Shown here piece by piece: positions 30,685 through 41,470 of a stretch of DNA of 64,000 nt; the first letter of the stretch is position 1; each line of letters opens with the position of its first letter. This DNA is from a bacterium. Lineage in GTDB: Bacteria; SAR324; JACQKK01. Position numbers and translations under genes: made by a program. The stretch is from positions 288,001 through 352,000 of the forward strand of contig OZ251219.1 of assembly GCA_965240465.1 (NCBI GenBank). The letters are read 5' to 3'. The notes beneath the pieces are model-generated. The model was not told the DNA's origin. It ran no database searches and was given only the letters and a program-made list of their open reading frames with translations.

Positions 30685-33600
30685 GTGCAAAAATTATCAC
30701 TACTTTCGGCTTGTATTTTCGCTCTATTTCTAGCTAGCTGCGGGGGGAGCAGTGGGGGTGGAGGAGGCGGGGGGCCTGCTGATGCCGATTCCGATGGCGT
30801 CCCCGACAGCAAGGATCTGTGCAAAAATAGCCTTAACGAGAACTTCATCAGCGACGACACCACCGACTACGATTCCGATGGTTGCCAAGATGACAGCCCT
30901 GAAGACACCGATGACGATAATGACGAGGTAGACGATTTTAATGCAGACGGCAGCGAGCTAGACAAATGCCGAAAAAGTCTTGATAAAGACTTCATCAGCG
31001 ACGACACCACCGACTACGATTCCGATGGCTGCAAAGATGACAGCCCTGAAGACACTGATGACGACAATGACGAGGTAGACGATTTTAATGCAGACGGCAG
31101 CGAGCTAGACAAATGCCGAAAAAGTCTTGATAAAGACTTCATCAGCAGCACCACCACCGACTACGACAGCGATGGTTGTCGGGATGACAGCCCTGAAGAC
31201 ACTGATGACGACAATGACGAGGTAGACGATGTTAATGCAGAGGGCGAGGAGCTAGACAAATGCCGAAAAAGTCTTGATAAAAACTTCATCAGCAGCACCA
31301 CCACCGACTACGATTCCGATGGTTGCCAAGATGACAGCCCTGAAGACACTGATGACGACAATGACGAGGTAGACGATTTTAATGCAGACGGCAGCGAGCT
31401 AGACAAATGCCGAAAAAGTCTTGATAAAGACTTCATCAGCAACGACACCACCGACTACGATTCCGATGGTTGCCAAGATGACAGCCCTGAAGACACTGAT
31501 GACGACAATGACGAGGTAGACGATTTTAATGCAGACGGCAGCGAGCTAGACAAATGCCGAAAAGGCAATTTCTTCACCAGCGACGACACCACCGACTACG
31601 ATTCCGATGGTTGCCAAGATGACAGCACTGAAGACACTGATGACGATAATGACGAGGTAGACGATTTTAATGCAGACGGCAGCGAGCTAGACAAATGCCG
31701 AAAAAGTCTTGATAAAGACTTCATCAGCGACGGCACCACCGACTACGATTCCGATGGTTGCCAAGATGACAGCCCTGAAGACACTGATGACGACAATGAC
31801 GAGGTAGACGATTTTAATGCAGACGGCAGCGAGCTAGACAAATGCCGAAAAAGTCTTGATAAAGACTTCATCAGCGACGACACCACCGACTACGATTCCG
31901 ATGGTTGCCAAGATGACAGCACTGAAGACACTGATGACGACAATGACGAGGTAGACGATTTTAATGCAGACGGCAGCGAGCTAGACAAATGCCGAAAAAG
32001 TCTTGATAAAGACTTCATCAGCAACGACACCACCGACTACGATTCCGATGGTTGCCAAGATGACAGCACTGAAGACACTGATGGCGACAATGATAGCGTG
32101 CTTGATGTTAATGATAGCTGTCCCAGAGGTGACAAAGGTTGGACCAGCACCACTGACGCCACCACTGGCACTGACAAAGATGATGATGGTTGTCAGGATG
32201 CTACTAGCGAGGACCAAGATGGTGGTGATGGCAGTGATGAAGATAATGATGGTATTTCTGGCACTGACGCCAATAGCATTGAGCTTGATAAGTGCGAAGA
32301 CGGCGACAAAGGCTGGACGAGCAATGACCAAACCGACAACGACAGCGATGGTTGTCGGGATGCTGGCGAGGATACCGATGACGACAATGACACCATCCTA
32401 GACGTCACTGACGTGGATGACGACAACAACGGTCTAATAGATATTGCCACTGCTGAGGAGCTAATCAACATCCGCCACGATCTGGACGGCACTCACTATA
32501 ATGATGGCAGTAATTCATCTGATGCGGGCTGTCCTACTACTAATCCCGTAGGTTGCAAGGGCTATGAACTACTCGGGGACATTGATTTAGTAGCCCCAGT
32601 TAGCCCTGATACTAAAAACTGGGATCCCGTTGGTAACTATCACGATCCTTTTACCGCTACCTTAGAAGGCAATGGTTTCACCATCAGAAACCTAACCATT
32701 AGCAATGGCTCCCAGTACACGGGCTTTTTGGGGGTCTTGAGGGGGACAGTCCAAAACTTGTCCTTTGTAGGAGGTTCAGTTACCAGTACGTACGGGGGGG
32801 GTTTAGGCTCTACAGGGGTTCTGGCAGGTTATAATTATGGAACAATATCGGGTGTTGCTACGGGGCTCTTGGTATCTGTCAACCCAGGTTCCTCTGGCGA
32901 TGTGGGCGGCTTGGTAGGTAGAAATGGTACTGATTACGGTAATGGTGCAGCCCTCATCCGAAATAGCTCTGCCACCGGCGATGTTAATGGCAGTGATGGT
33001 GCTGACAATGTAGGTGGCTTGGTAGGTAGGAATGATACTGGCACCATTCAGAATAGCTATGCCACTGGCAAGGTGAGTGGCGGTGATGGTATTGACTATG
33101 TAGGTGGCTTGGTAGGCCTTAATGAAAGCACCATTCAAAATGGCTCTGCCACTGGCAAGGTTATTGGCGGTGGTGGTATTGACAGGGCGGGTGGCTTGGT
33201 AGGTGAAAATGCTGGTGGCACCATTCAAAATAGCTCTGCCACTGGCAAGGTTGATGGCGGTGCTGGTGATGACTATGTAGGTGGCTTGGTAGGTCAAAAT
33301 GGTACTGGTGGCACCATTCAAAACAGCTATGCCACTGGCAAGGCTACTGGCGGTGCTGGTTATGAGGATAAGGTAGGTGGCTTGGTAGGATATTATTTTT
33401 CTGGAACCATCGGTAACAGTTATTCCCTAAGTGCTGTTGATGGAGGGTATGGTAGGTATACTACTGTGGGTCGCTTGGTTGGCAATAGAGTTAGTGGTAG
33501 CATTGTGAACAGCTATTATGATAAGAATAGTTCTATTGCAAACGGTACTCTATTAGTCTTGGGGATAGGCAAAACCAAAGCTCAGCTGAAAGCCATCAAT

Positions 33601-33840
33601 CTGGATCCCCCCGATAATCAGGCTGCTTGCGAAGCAGCTGGCGGAACTTGGGATGACACCGCATCATCGTGTACTTCTGGTAATCTAGCTGGCTGGAACG
33701 CCTTCAACTGGGAATTCCAAGCTGGCTTCTATCCCACCCTCAAGTCCTACAAGGTGGATTCCAGCGATGCCCAAATCGCAGGCGATCTACTCTGCGGGCA
33801 ATTACCCGAAGCTGACTTCGTTCAGTGTCCTACGCCTTAG
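30685..33840 (+). CDS. Array lipoprotein 4 (eight ~49-aa stalk repeats)
   Basis: GTG start after ATAGGACTTTCC; 147-bp tandem units from 30865. Confidence 0.9.
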   Translation: MQKLSLLSACIFALFLASCGGSSGGGGGGGPADADSDGVPDSKDLCKNSLNENFISDDTTDYDSDGCQDDSPEDTDDDNDEVDDFNADGSELDKCRKSLDKDFISDDTTDYDSDGCKDDSPEDTDDDNDEVDDFNADGSELDKCRKSLDKDFISSTTTDYDSDGCRDDSPEDTDDDNDEVDDVNAEGEELDKCRKSLDKNFISSTTTDYDSDGCQDDSPEDTDDDNDEVDDFNADGSELDKCRKSLDKDFISNDTTDYDSDGCQDDSPEDTDDDNDEVDDFNADGSELDKCRKGNFFTSDDTTDYDSDGCQDDSTEDTDDDNDEVDDFNADGSELDKCRKSLDKDFISDGTTDYDSDGCQDDSPEDTDDDNDEVDDFNADGSELDKCRKSLDKDFISDDTTDYDSDGCQDDSTEDTDDDNDEVDDFNADGSELDKCRKSLDKDFISNDTTDYDSDGCQDDSTEDTDGDNDSVLDVNDSCPRGDKGWTSTTDATTGTDKDDDGCQDATSEDQDGGDGSDEDNDGISGTDANSIELDKCEDGDKGWTSNDQTDNDSDGCRDAGEDTDDDNDTILDVTDVDDDNNGLIDIATAEELINIRHDLDGTHYNDGSNSSDAGCPTTNPVGCKGYELLGDIDLVAPVSPDTKNWDPVGNYHDPFTATLEGNGFTIRNLTISNGSQYTGFLGVLRGTVQNLSFVGGSVTSTYGGGLGSTGVLAGYNYGTISGVATGLLVSVNPGSSGDVGGLVGRNGTDYGNGAALIRNSSATGDVNGSDGADNVGGLVGRNDTGTIQNSYATGKVSGGDGIDYVGGLVGLNESTIQNGSATGKVIGGGGIDRAGGLVGENAGGTIQNSSATGKVDGGAGDDYVGGLVGQNGTGGTIQNSYATGKATGGAGYEDKVGGLVGYYFSGTIGNSYSLSAVDGGYGRYTTVGRLVGNRVSGSIVNSYYDKNSSIANGTLLVLGIGKTKAQLKAINLDPPDNQAACEAAGGTWDDTASSCTSGNLAGWNAFNWEFQAGFYPTLKSYKVDSSDAQIAGDLLCGQLPEADFVQCPTP

Positions 33841-33886
33841 GCTAGTCCCCCCCAACTGCTTGAAAAAGGTAGCCGAGCATTCTTCT

Positions 33887-33915
33887 GGGAGTGAGTATTA
33901 ACTCACTCCCTTTTT
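33887..33915 (+). terminator. Rho-independent terminator GGGAGTGAGT-loop-ACTCACTCCC-T tract (second copy at 33976-34005)
   Basis: Perfect 10-bp stem followed by a U-tract. Confidence 0.85.
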
Positions 33916-34190
33916 CTTTTTGCCTGAAAAAGATACTAGGCAAATTGCCTGAAAAAGATACCTGACATTTCTTCTGGGAGTGAGTAGTACTCACTCCCTT
34001 TTTTTATTCATTTTAAGGGGGGGACTAGGGGGATTTGGGGAGGGGGAGTGTAAGGGGAGATTCTCCTTAAATTTGACCTGAAAACCCTTTTACTGATACT
34101 ATATTAAGTATGAAAACCATCTTATCACGAAAAATAACACTTAAATATTACCTAAGTACAGTCCTTCACCCCCAAATTGCAGGGTTGTCT

Positions 34191-36566
34191 ATGAAATTAT
34201 CAAAGAAATCATCCCTAAAGAAATTATCCCTCCTCTTAGCTAGTTTTATCCTCACCCTGTTTTTAGCTGGATGTGGTGACATTGGAAAGGATGAAGCGTT
34301 TGCTGATACCGATGCCGATGGTATCTTTGACAGCCGAGATTCATGCCCTGAAAGCCCTGCAGGCTTTATCAGCGATGACACCACCGACAGCGACGGCGAT
34401 GGTTGCGAGGACAGCACCGAGGATCAAGATGGTGGTGATGGCAGTGATGAAGATAATGATGGCAAGGTAGGTGCTTATGATGAATGTCCACGGGGTGAAG
34501 TTGGCTGGACGAGCAACGAGCAAACCGACTACGATGATGACGGTTGCCAAGACTCAGGCGAAGATACCGATGACGACAACGATAACGTGCTTGATACTAG
34601 TGATAGTTGTCCTGTAGGTGATACTGGCTGGGCGAGCAATGACAGAACCGACTACGATTCCGACGGCTGCTATGATGACAGCACTGAAGACAAAGATGAC
34701 GACAATGATGGAGTCCCCGATGTTGATCCAGACGGCGACACTACCAAAAATGACAAATGCCCCAAAGGCAATTTTTTCACCAGCATAAGCACCAGCAATA
34801 ATCCCGCAGCCATCACCGATAACGATGGCGACGGCTGCCAAGACAAAGATGAAGACAAAGATGACGACAACGATGGCTTGCTTGATACTAGTGATAGCTG
34901 TGCTGCGGGCGATACTGGCTGGAAAAGTAATAGCACCACCGACAACGATGGCGACGGCTGCCAAGACTCAGGTGAAGACACCAATGACGACAATGATGGC
35001 TTGCTTGATACTAATGATAGCTGTCCCGTAGGTAATATTGGCTGGAAGAGTAATAGCACCACCGACAAAGATGGTGACGGCTGCCAAGACTCAGATGAAG
35101 ACAAAGATGACGACAACAACGGTCTGATAGATATTGCCACTGCTGAGGAGCTAACCAACATCCGCCATGATTTGGACGGCACTCACTATAATGATGGCAG
35201 TAATTCATCTAATGCGGGTTGTCCTACCACTACCACTCCTCTGGGTTGCAAGGGCTATGAACTAATCGGGGACATTGTTTTGGTAGCCCCGACTGCTCCT
35301 GATACCAGCAACTGGGGAACTATCGCGGGTGATTTTACTGCTACCTTAGAAGGCAATGGCAATACCATCAGTAACCTAGCTATTGATTCTAACACCCAAT
35401 ACACGGGCTTTTTTGCATATATTAGTGGCACGGTACGAAACTTGGAATTTACTGGAGGTTCAGTTACCAGTAGCTTCATTTCTGGTACTGACACTGCCCC
35501 GAGTCATGTGGGTTCTTTGGCGGGTAGTAATGCTGGAACTATAGACAATGTTTCTGTTAGCGTCACGGTTTCCGTCGGTGGTGGCAATTTTAATCGGGTA
35601 GGTGGTTTAGTGGGTGCTTCTGGCGGCACTATAAACAACAGCCAAGCCACTGGTTCTGTTGATGGCGGTACTGATGGTCACGATAGTGTAGGTGGTTTAG
35701 TAGGTTATAATATCAGCGGCGTCATAAACAATAGCCGAGCCACTGGCAATGCTGATGGCGGTGCAGGAAATCTTGACAATGCGGGTGGTTTGGTAGGTTA
35801 TAATGATAATAATGGTATCATCAAGAATAGTTATGCTACTGGTTCTGCTAGGGGTGGTGCTGGCAATACGGATTCTGCGGGCGGTTTAGTGGGTATTTCT
35901 GATAGCTTCATCATCAAAAACTGCTACGCTACCGGTCCTGCTTATGGCGGGGCTGGCGATGATGACGCGGTAGGCGGTTTGGTAGGATTTTCTAGTAACA
36001 CGATTATCAAGAATAGTTATGCTACTGGTTTAGTCAGTGGTGGTAGTGGCAATGATGATTTAGGCGGCTTGGTGGGATATATTGTTTCTGGTAAAATCCA
36101 GAACAATTATTCCTTAGGTGCTGTTGATGGGGAAACTGAAAACGATGAAGTTGGTCGCTTGGTTGGCAAAAGGAATTCTTCTGGGATAATAATTACCAAC
36201 AACTATTACAATAGTGCAAGCACCCTGGATAATGGCGAGACCATAGAAGAACTTACGGGTACTGATGAAGCTACAGGCAAAACCGAAGCTCAGCTGAAAG
36301 CCATCAACCTGGATCCCCCCGATAATCAGGATGGTTGTGAAGCAGCTGGGGGAACTTGGGATGGTACATCATCGTGTACTTCTGGTAATCTAGCTAGCTG
36401 GAACGCTTTTGACTGGGATTCTGGCACAGACACCCAATACCCCACCCTGAAGTCCTATGAGGCTACTACTGATACCAACGCCACCCCTCCAACAGTCACC
36501 CAAATCGCAGGTGTTTTACTCTGCGAGCAACCCACCGATTTCGTTCAGTGTACTCCTACGCCTTAG
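34191..36566 (+). CDS. Array lipoprotein 5
   Basis: Lipobox FLAGC; same architecture; upstream ATG 34110 is an alternative start. Confidence 0.88.
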   Translation: MKLSKKSSLKKLSLLLASFILTLFLAGCGDIGKDEAFADTDADGIFDSRDSCPESPAGFISDDTTDSDGDGCEDSTEDQDGGDGSDEDNDGKVGAYDECPRGEVGWTSNEQTDYDDDGCQDSGEDTDDDNDNVLDTSDSCPVGDTGWASNDRTDYDSDGCYDDSTEDKDDDNDGVPDVDPDGDTTKNDKCPKGNFFTSISTSNNPAAITDNDGDGCQDKDEDKDDDNDGLLDTSDSCAAGDTGWKSNSTTDNDGDGCQDSGEDTNDDNDGLLDTNDSCPVGNIGWKSNSTTDKDGDGCQDSDEDKDDDNNGLIDIATAEELTNIRHDLDGTHYNDGSNSSNAGCPTTTTPLGCKGYELIGDIVLVAPTAPDTSNWGTIAGDFTATLEGNGNTISNLAIDSNTQYTGFFAYISGTVRNLEFTGGSVTSSFISGTDTAPSHVGSLAGSNAGTIDNVSVSVTVSVGGGNFNRVGGLVGASGGTINNSQATGSVDGGTDGHDSVGGLVGYNISGVINNSRATGNADGGAGNLDNAGGLVGYNDNNGIIKNSYATGSARGGAGNTDSAGGLVGISDSFIIKNCYATGPAYGGAGDDDAVGGLVGFSSNTIIKNSYATGLVSGGSGNDDLGGLVGYIVSGKIQNNYSLGAVDGETENDEVGRLVGKRNSSGIIITNNYYNSASTLDNGETIEELTGTDEATGKTEAQLKAINLDPPDNQDGCEAAGGTWDGTSSCTSGNLASWNAFDWDSGTDTQYPTLKSYEATTDTNATPPTVTQIAGVLLCEQPTDFVQCTPTP

Positions 36567-36651
36567 GATGGACTTTACCTCTTGACTTCTTGCCTCTTCG
36601 GGTGTTACGGTGGGGGCTGGCGCTTTCAAGCATTCTGACATAGGACTTTCC

Positions 36652-38557
36652 ATGCAAAGATTATCACTACTTTCGGCTTGTATTTTCGCTCTATTTTTAG
36701 CTAGCTGCGGGGGGAGTAGCGGGGGGTCTGTTGATACCGATTCCGATGGCGTCCCCGACAGCAAGGATCTGTGCAAAAATAGCCTTGACGAGAACTTCAT
36801 CAGCGACGACACCACCGACGCCGACAAGGACGGCTGCGAGGACAGCACCGAAGACCAAGATGGTGGTGATGGCAGTGATGAAGATAATGATGGCAAGGTA
36901 GGTGATGATGATAAATGTCCGCAGGGTGACACTAATTGGACGAGCATAAGCACTAGCACTGACCCTGCTGTAACTATCACCGACTACGATGGCGACGGTT
37001 GTCGGGATGCTGGCGAGGATACCGATGACGACAATGACACCATCCTAGACGTCACCGACGTGGATGACGACAACGACGGTCTAATAGAAATTGCCACTGC
37101 TGAGGAGCTAAACAACATCCGCCACGATCTGGACGGCACTCACTATGATGATGAACTAGCTGACACCGATACTGGTGATGAAGGCTCTAATGCGGGCTGC
37201 CCTACTACTACCACTCCCGTAGGTTGCAATGGCTATGAACTAGCGAATGATATTAGCTTGGCTTCCATTATAAACTGGGTACCAATTTCCGCGGTTTCTG
37301 CACTGTTTACCGCTACCTTAGAAGGCAATGATTATACCATCAGTAACCTAGTCATTGCCACCGACGCTACCACCCAATACACGGGCTTTTTTAGGACTTT
37401 GGGTGCAAATAGCATAGTCAAAAACTTGTCCTTGAAAGGTTCAGTTACCAGTAGCTACATTACTGGCCATAACACAAACCCCAACTTTGTAGGGGGTTTG
37501 GCAGGCAGTAATGGTGGAACAATATCGGGTGTTTCTGCGGGGGTCTCGGTCTCTGCTGGCACTGGCAACAGTGACTATGTAGGTGGCTTGGTAGGTAATA
37601 ATGATACTACTGGCACCATTCAAAATAGCTATGCCACTGGCTCTATTGCTGGCGGTGAGGGTGGTGCGCTGTGGGTGGTTTGGCAGGTTATTCTAATGGT
37701 ACCATCCAAAATAGCTATGCTACTGGTCCTGTTAGTGGCGGTGCTGATGGTGACTACGTGGGCGGCTTGGTGGGAGATATTGCTTCTGGAACCATTCAGA
37801 ACAGTTATTCCCTGAGTACTGTTAGCGGTGATGGTGGTGATGACTACGTGGGCGGCTTGGTGGGAGATATTGCTTCTGGAACCATTCAGAACAGTTATTC
37901 CCTGAGTACTGTTAGCGGTGATGGTGGTGATGACTCCGTGGGCGGCTTGGTGGGAGATATTGCTTCTGGAACCATTCAGAACAGTTATTCCCTGAGTACT
38001 GTTAGCGGTGATGGTGGTGATGACTCCGTGGGCGGCTTGGTGGGAGATATTGCTTCTGGAACCATTCAGAACAGTTATGCCTTAGGCGATGTGAATGGGG
38101 GCACTGGAGACGATAATGTGGGTCGCTTGGTTGGTAAAAAGATGAGTAGTGTAACAATTACCAGCAACTATTTTGATGGTGGGAGTACCCTAAGCGTAGT
38201 TGCTAACGAGGATACCAAACTAGCCCTTAGCGACCCCGAGGCAGTTGGCAAAACCAGTGTTACACTAAAAGAATACTGACTGCCCATCTTCAAACAAAAA
38301 TAAACAAGATTACCGAACCATTTTCTTAGCCAGCTGATTTGACAGGCGACAATAACGGCTGGAACGCCTTCAACTGGGCTTTTGGCAAGACTAGATAAAT
38401 GCCAAAAAAGCGAATACCCCACCCTCAAGTCTTATGAGACAGAAGGTACTGACTAACCAGTGGCAACCCTGACGACAACGATGGCACCCAAATTGATAGC
38501 AATTTACTCTGCGAGCAACCCGCAACCGATTTCGTTCAGTGTACCCCGTAATCCCTA
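36652..38557 (+). pseudogene. Array lipoprotein 6, frameshifted (pseudogene or consensus error)
   Basis: Apparent 1-nt deletion near 37666; continues in the 37671-38279 frame; remnants of the WN..YPTLKSY..LLC..DFVQC tail with many indels up to ~38557. Confidence 0.75.
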
Positions 38558-39068
38558 AGCAGATTATCTGTGGTTGCTCTTTCCAACTTTGCGTTCCTAA
38601 AAAGGAATGCCGCAGGACTGGACTTTTGCAAACCGTATTTGTGGGGGGTTAACAGAACGCATACTGGCAGAATGTTTCTGTGGGGCATACTAGCGAGATT
38701 CCCCATGGATTATCACCTTGTAGCCAGCTGTTTCTAGTTTGCCACTGTCTTCCACTGTCTTGGTAGGGTTTAAGTTCCATTGCCTTTGAAATGCCTGCCA
38801 TTCGCTTGGCTCCGTTATGCTACTTGGCTCCGCTTGGCTCCCTGATCGCCCGCTTCTGTGAAATACAACCTATTCTAAACTCGGTTATTAAAAAAATATC
38901 ATTTTATCAAAAAAAGCTTGACATGTCAATTAAATCATCAGGCAGCTGTCAGTGCTTAGAACAGTCTGGTTAAGCAATGCTTTTTAGCCAGCACTTTTTG
39001 GCCAGTTGCTAACGAGGCATCTCACGATGTACACTAGAATTCACAGCTATTAAACTGGAAAACTTATA

Positions 39069-41175
39069 ATGAGGTACAAATTATCCTTGATTTCAGCTTG
39101 TATCTGTGGTTGCTCTATTTAAAAAGGAAGCCAGGACTGGCTGTGTATAACAGAAGCATAGCAGTACTGGCAGTAACAACTGCTCGCTGATACCGATGGC
39201 GACGGCATCTAAACGATTTTCAAAAAAAGCAGATGGCACCACCGAGCTAGATAAATGCCGAACCAGCCTAAACCCCAATTTTGTCAGCGTTAGCACCAGC
39301 AATAACCCCGCAGATATCAACGACTACGATGCTGACGGCTGCGAGGATGACGGTACTTTTGAAGAAGACTTTGATGACGACAATGATGGGGTCAACGATG
39401 TTGATGCAAGCGACATGTCGCTAGACAAATGCCCCACAGGCATAATTGGCATTGCTGTCGCTTCTGATCCTGATATTGACAGCGACGGCTGTAAAAACTC
39501 CGAAGACACCGATGATGACGGTGATGGCGACCTAGACGATGTTGATGTGGATGATGATAATAACGGTCTAATAGAGCTCACCGCTACTACCCCCCTAACC
39601 AACATCCGCCACCAACTAGACGGCACTAGCTATAATGATGGCAGCACAGATTCTGATACGGGCTGTCCTACTGCTGATTCTAGTGCTCCTATTCCTGGTC
39701 CCGCAGGTTGCAATGGCTACGAACTAACTGGCGACATTGATTTAGGAACAGCTGGCGATTGGGATCCCGTTGGTACCAATAGCATTCCTTTTACCGCTAT
39801 CTTAGATGGCAACAGCTTTACCATCAATAACCTAGCCATTAGCAATGACGATGCGTACACGGGCTTTCTTGCGGTGTTAGGTACTAATGGCACGGTAAGA
39901 AACTTGTCTTTTGCAAAAAGTGCAACAGGCACGGGTTCAGTTACCACTAGCAATGCTGCCGGCAACTATATGGGGGTTTTGGTAGGTCGTAACAGAGGAG
40001 GAACAATATCCGATGTTTCTATTACGGGGATCTCGGTTACTGTCGGCGATGGTGGTAGTAATAACGTAGGTGGTTTGGTAGGTTATAACGAAAAAGGAAC
40101 AATATCCAATGTTTCTACTACGGGGACGGTTACTGTCGGCGATGGTGGTAGTAATAAAGTAGGTGGTTTGGTAGGTTATAACGAAAAAGGAACAATATCC
40201 AATGTTTCTACTACGGGGACGGTTACTGTCGGCGATGGTGATGAGGATCTTGTAGGTGGTTTGGTAGGTGATAATAAAGGCACCATCCAGAATGGCTCTG
40301 CCACTGGCAATGTGAATGGCGGTAGTGGTGATAAGGATCATGTAGGTGGTTTGGTAGGTTATCTTAATGGAAGTTCTGCTAGTAGAGCCATCATTCAAAA
40401 TAGCTCTGCCACTGGCTCTGTCACTAGCGGTGCTGGTACTACTAATCATGTAGGTGGCTTGGTGGGTCGTAGTAATGGTGATTCCACTATTCAAAGTAGC
40501 TCTGCCACTGGCATTGCTACTGGCGGTGCTGATGAGGATGATCGGGTAGGTGGCTTGGTGGGGAATTCTGGTGCCATCATTCAAAATAGCTATGCCACTG
40601 GCACTGCTAATGGTGGCAATGGTGATGATGATGGTATAGGCGGCTTGGTGGGATATAATTATGGAACCATTCAGAACAGTTATTCCCTGGGTACTGTTAA
40701 CGGTGGGGATGGTGGGGAGCCCGTGGGCGGCTTGGTGGGATTTTTTAGTGGTGGAACCATCCAGAACAGTTATGCCTTAGGCGATGTGAATGGGGGCACT
40801 GGAGACGATAATGTGGGACGTTTGATTGGTAAAAGTAATACTGGAGTAGTAGTTACAACTGCCAGCAACTATTTTGATGGTGGGAGCACCCTAAGCGTAG
40901 TTGCTAACGAGGATACCGAACTAACCCTTAGCGACCCCAAGGCGGTTGGCAAAACCAGTGCTGAACTCAAAACCTTGACTGCTGAAATCACCGACGCTGA
41001 CTTTACTGGCGACAATAACGGCTGGAGTACTAACAACTGGAATTTTGGTACAGACAGCACATACCCCAGCCTGAAGTCTTATGAGGTGGATCTCAGTAAT
41101 GCCCAAATCGCAGGCAAGTTACTCTGCGGGCAATTACCCGAAGCAGACTTCGTTCAGTGTACCAGTAATCCCTAG
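39069..41175 (+). pseudogene. Array lipoprotein 7 with disrupted 5' end; intact from ~39230
   Basis: Recognisable but indel-ridden signal sequence (AAATTATCCTTGATTTCAGCTTGTATC); downstream ORF 39196-41175 has the full stalk, GLUG repeats and tail. Confidence 0.7.
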
Positions 41176-41223
41176 GCTAGACCCCCCCCCAACTGCTTGA
41201 AAAGGGCAGCCGAGCATTCTTCT

Positions 41224-41252
41224 GGGAGTGAGTTAATACTCACTCCCTTTTT
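41224..41252 (+). terminator. Repeated array terminator hairpin
   Basis: GGGAGTGAGT-TAAT-ACTCACTCCC-TTTTT. Confidence 0.85.
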
Positions 41253-41346
41253 CTTTTTGGAGACTGCGTGTTGCTCTTTTAAGCACTTGGTAAACTTATC
41301 GCCAATGAAGTTCTGGCTGACTTTTTTAGTGTGTTAACCATTAAAC

Positions 41347-41375
41347 TTGACATTAGATAATTTATAGTATACACT
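41347..41375 (+). promoter_or_regulatory. Putative sigma70 promoter for array gene 8
   Basis: TTGACA-17 bp-TACACT. Confidence 0.65.
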
Positions 41376-41470
41376 GACTAGATCGGGTTATTTTGTGCCC
41401 TAAGGTGTGTTGATTTACGGCGATTTGTGTTAATCCGTATCAATTGAACTTAACAATAGGAGGAATCTCA

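Noticed and set aside
24170-33560. Diversity-generating retroelement as the source of variable patches
   Set aside because: No reverse transcriptase in the window, and the differences are not restricted to adenines
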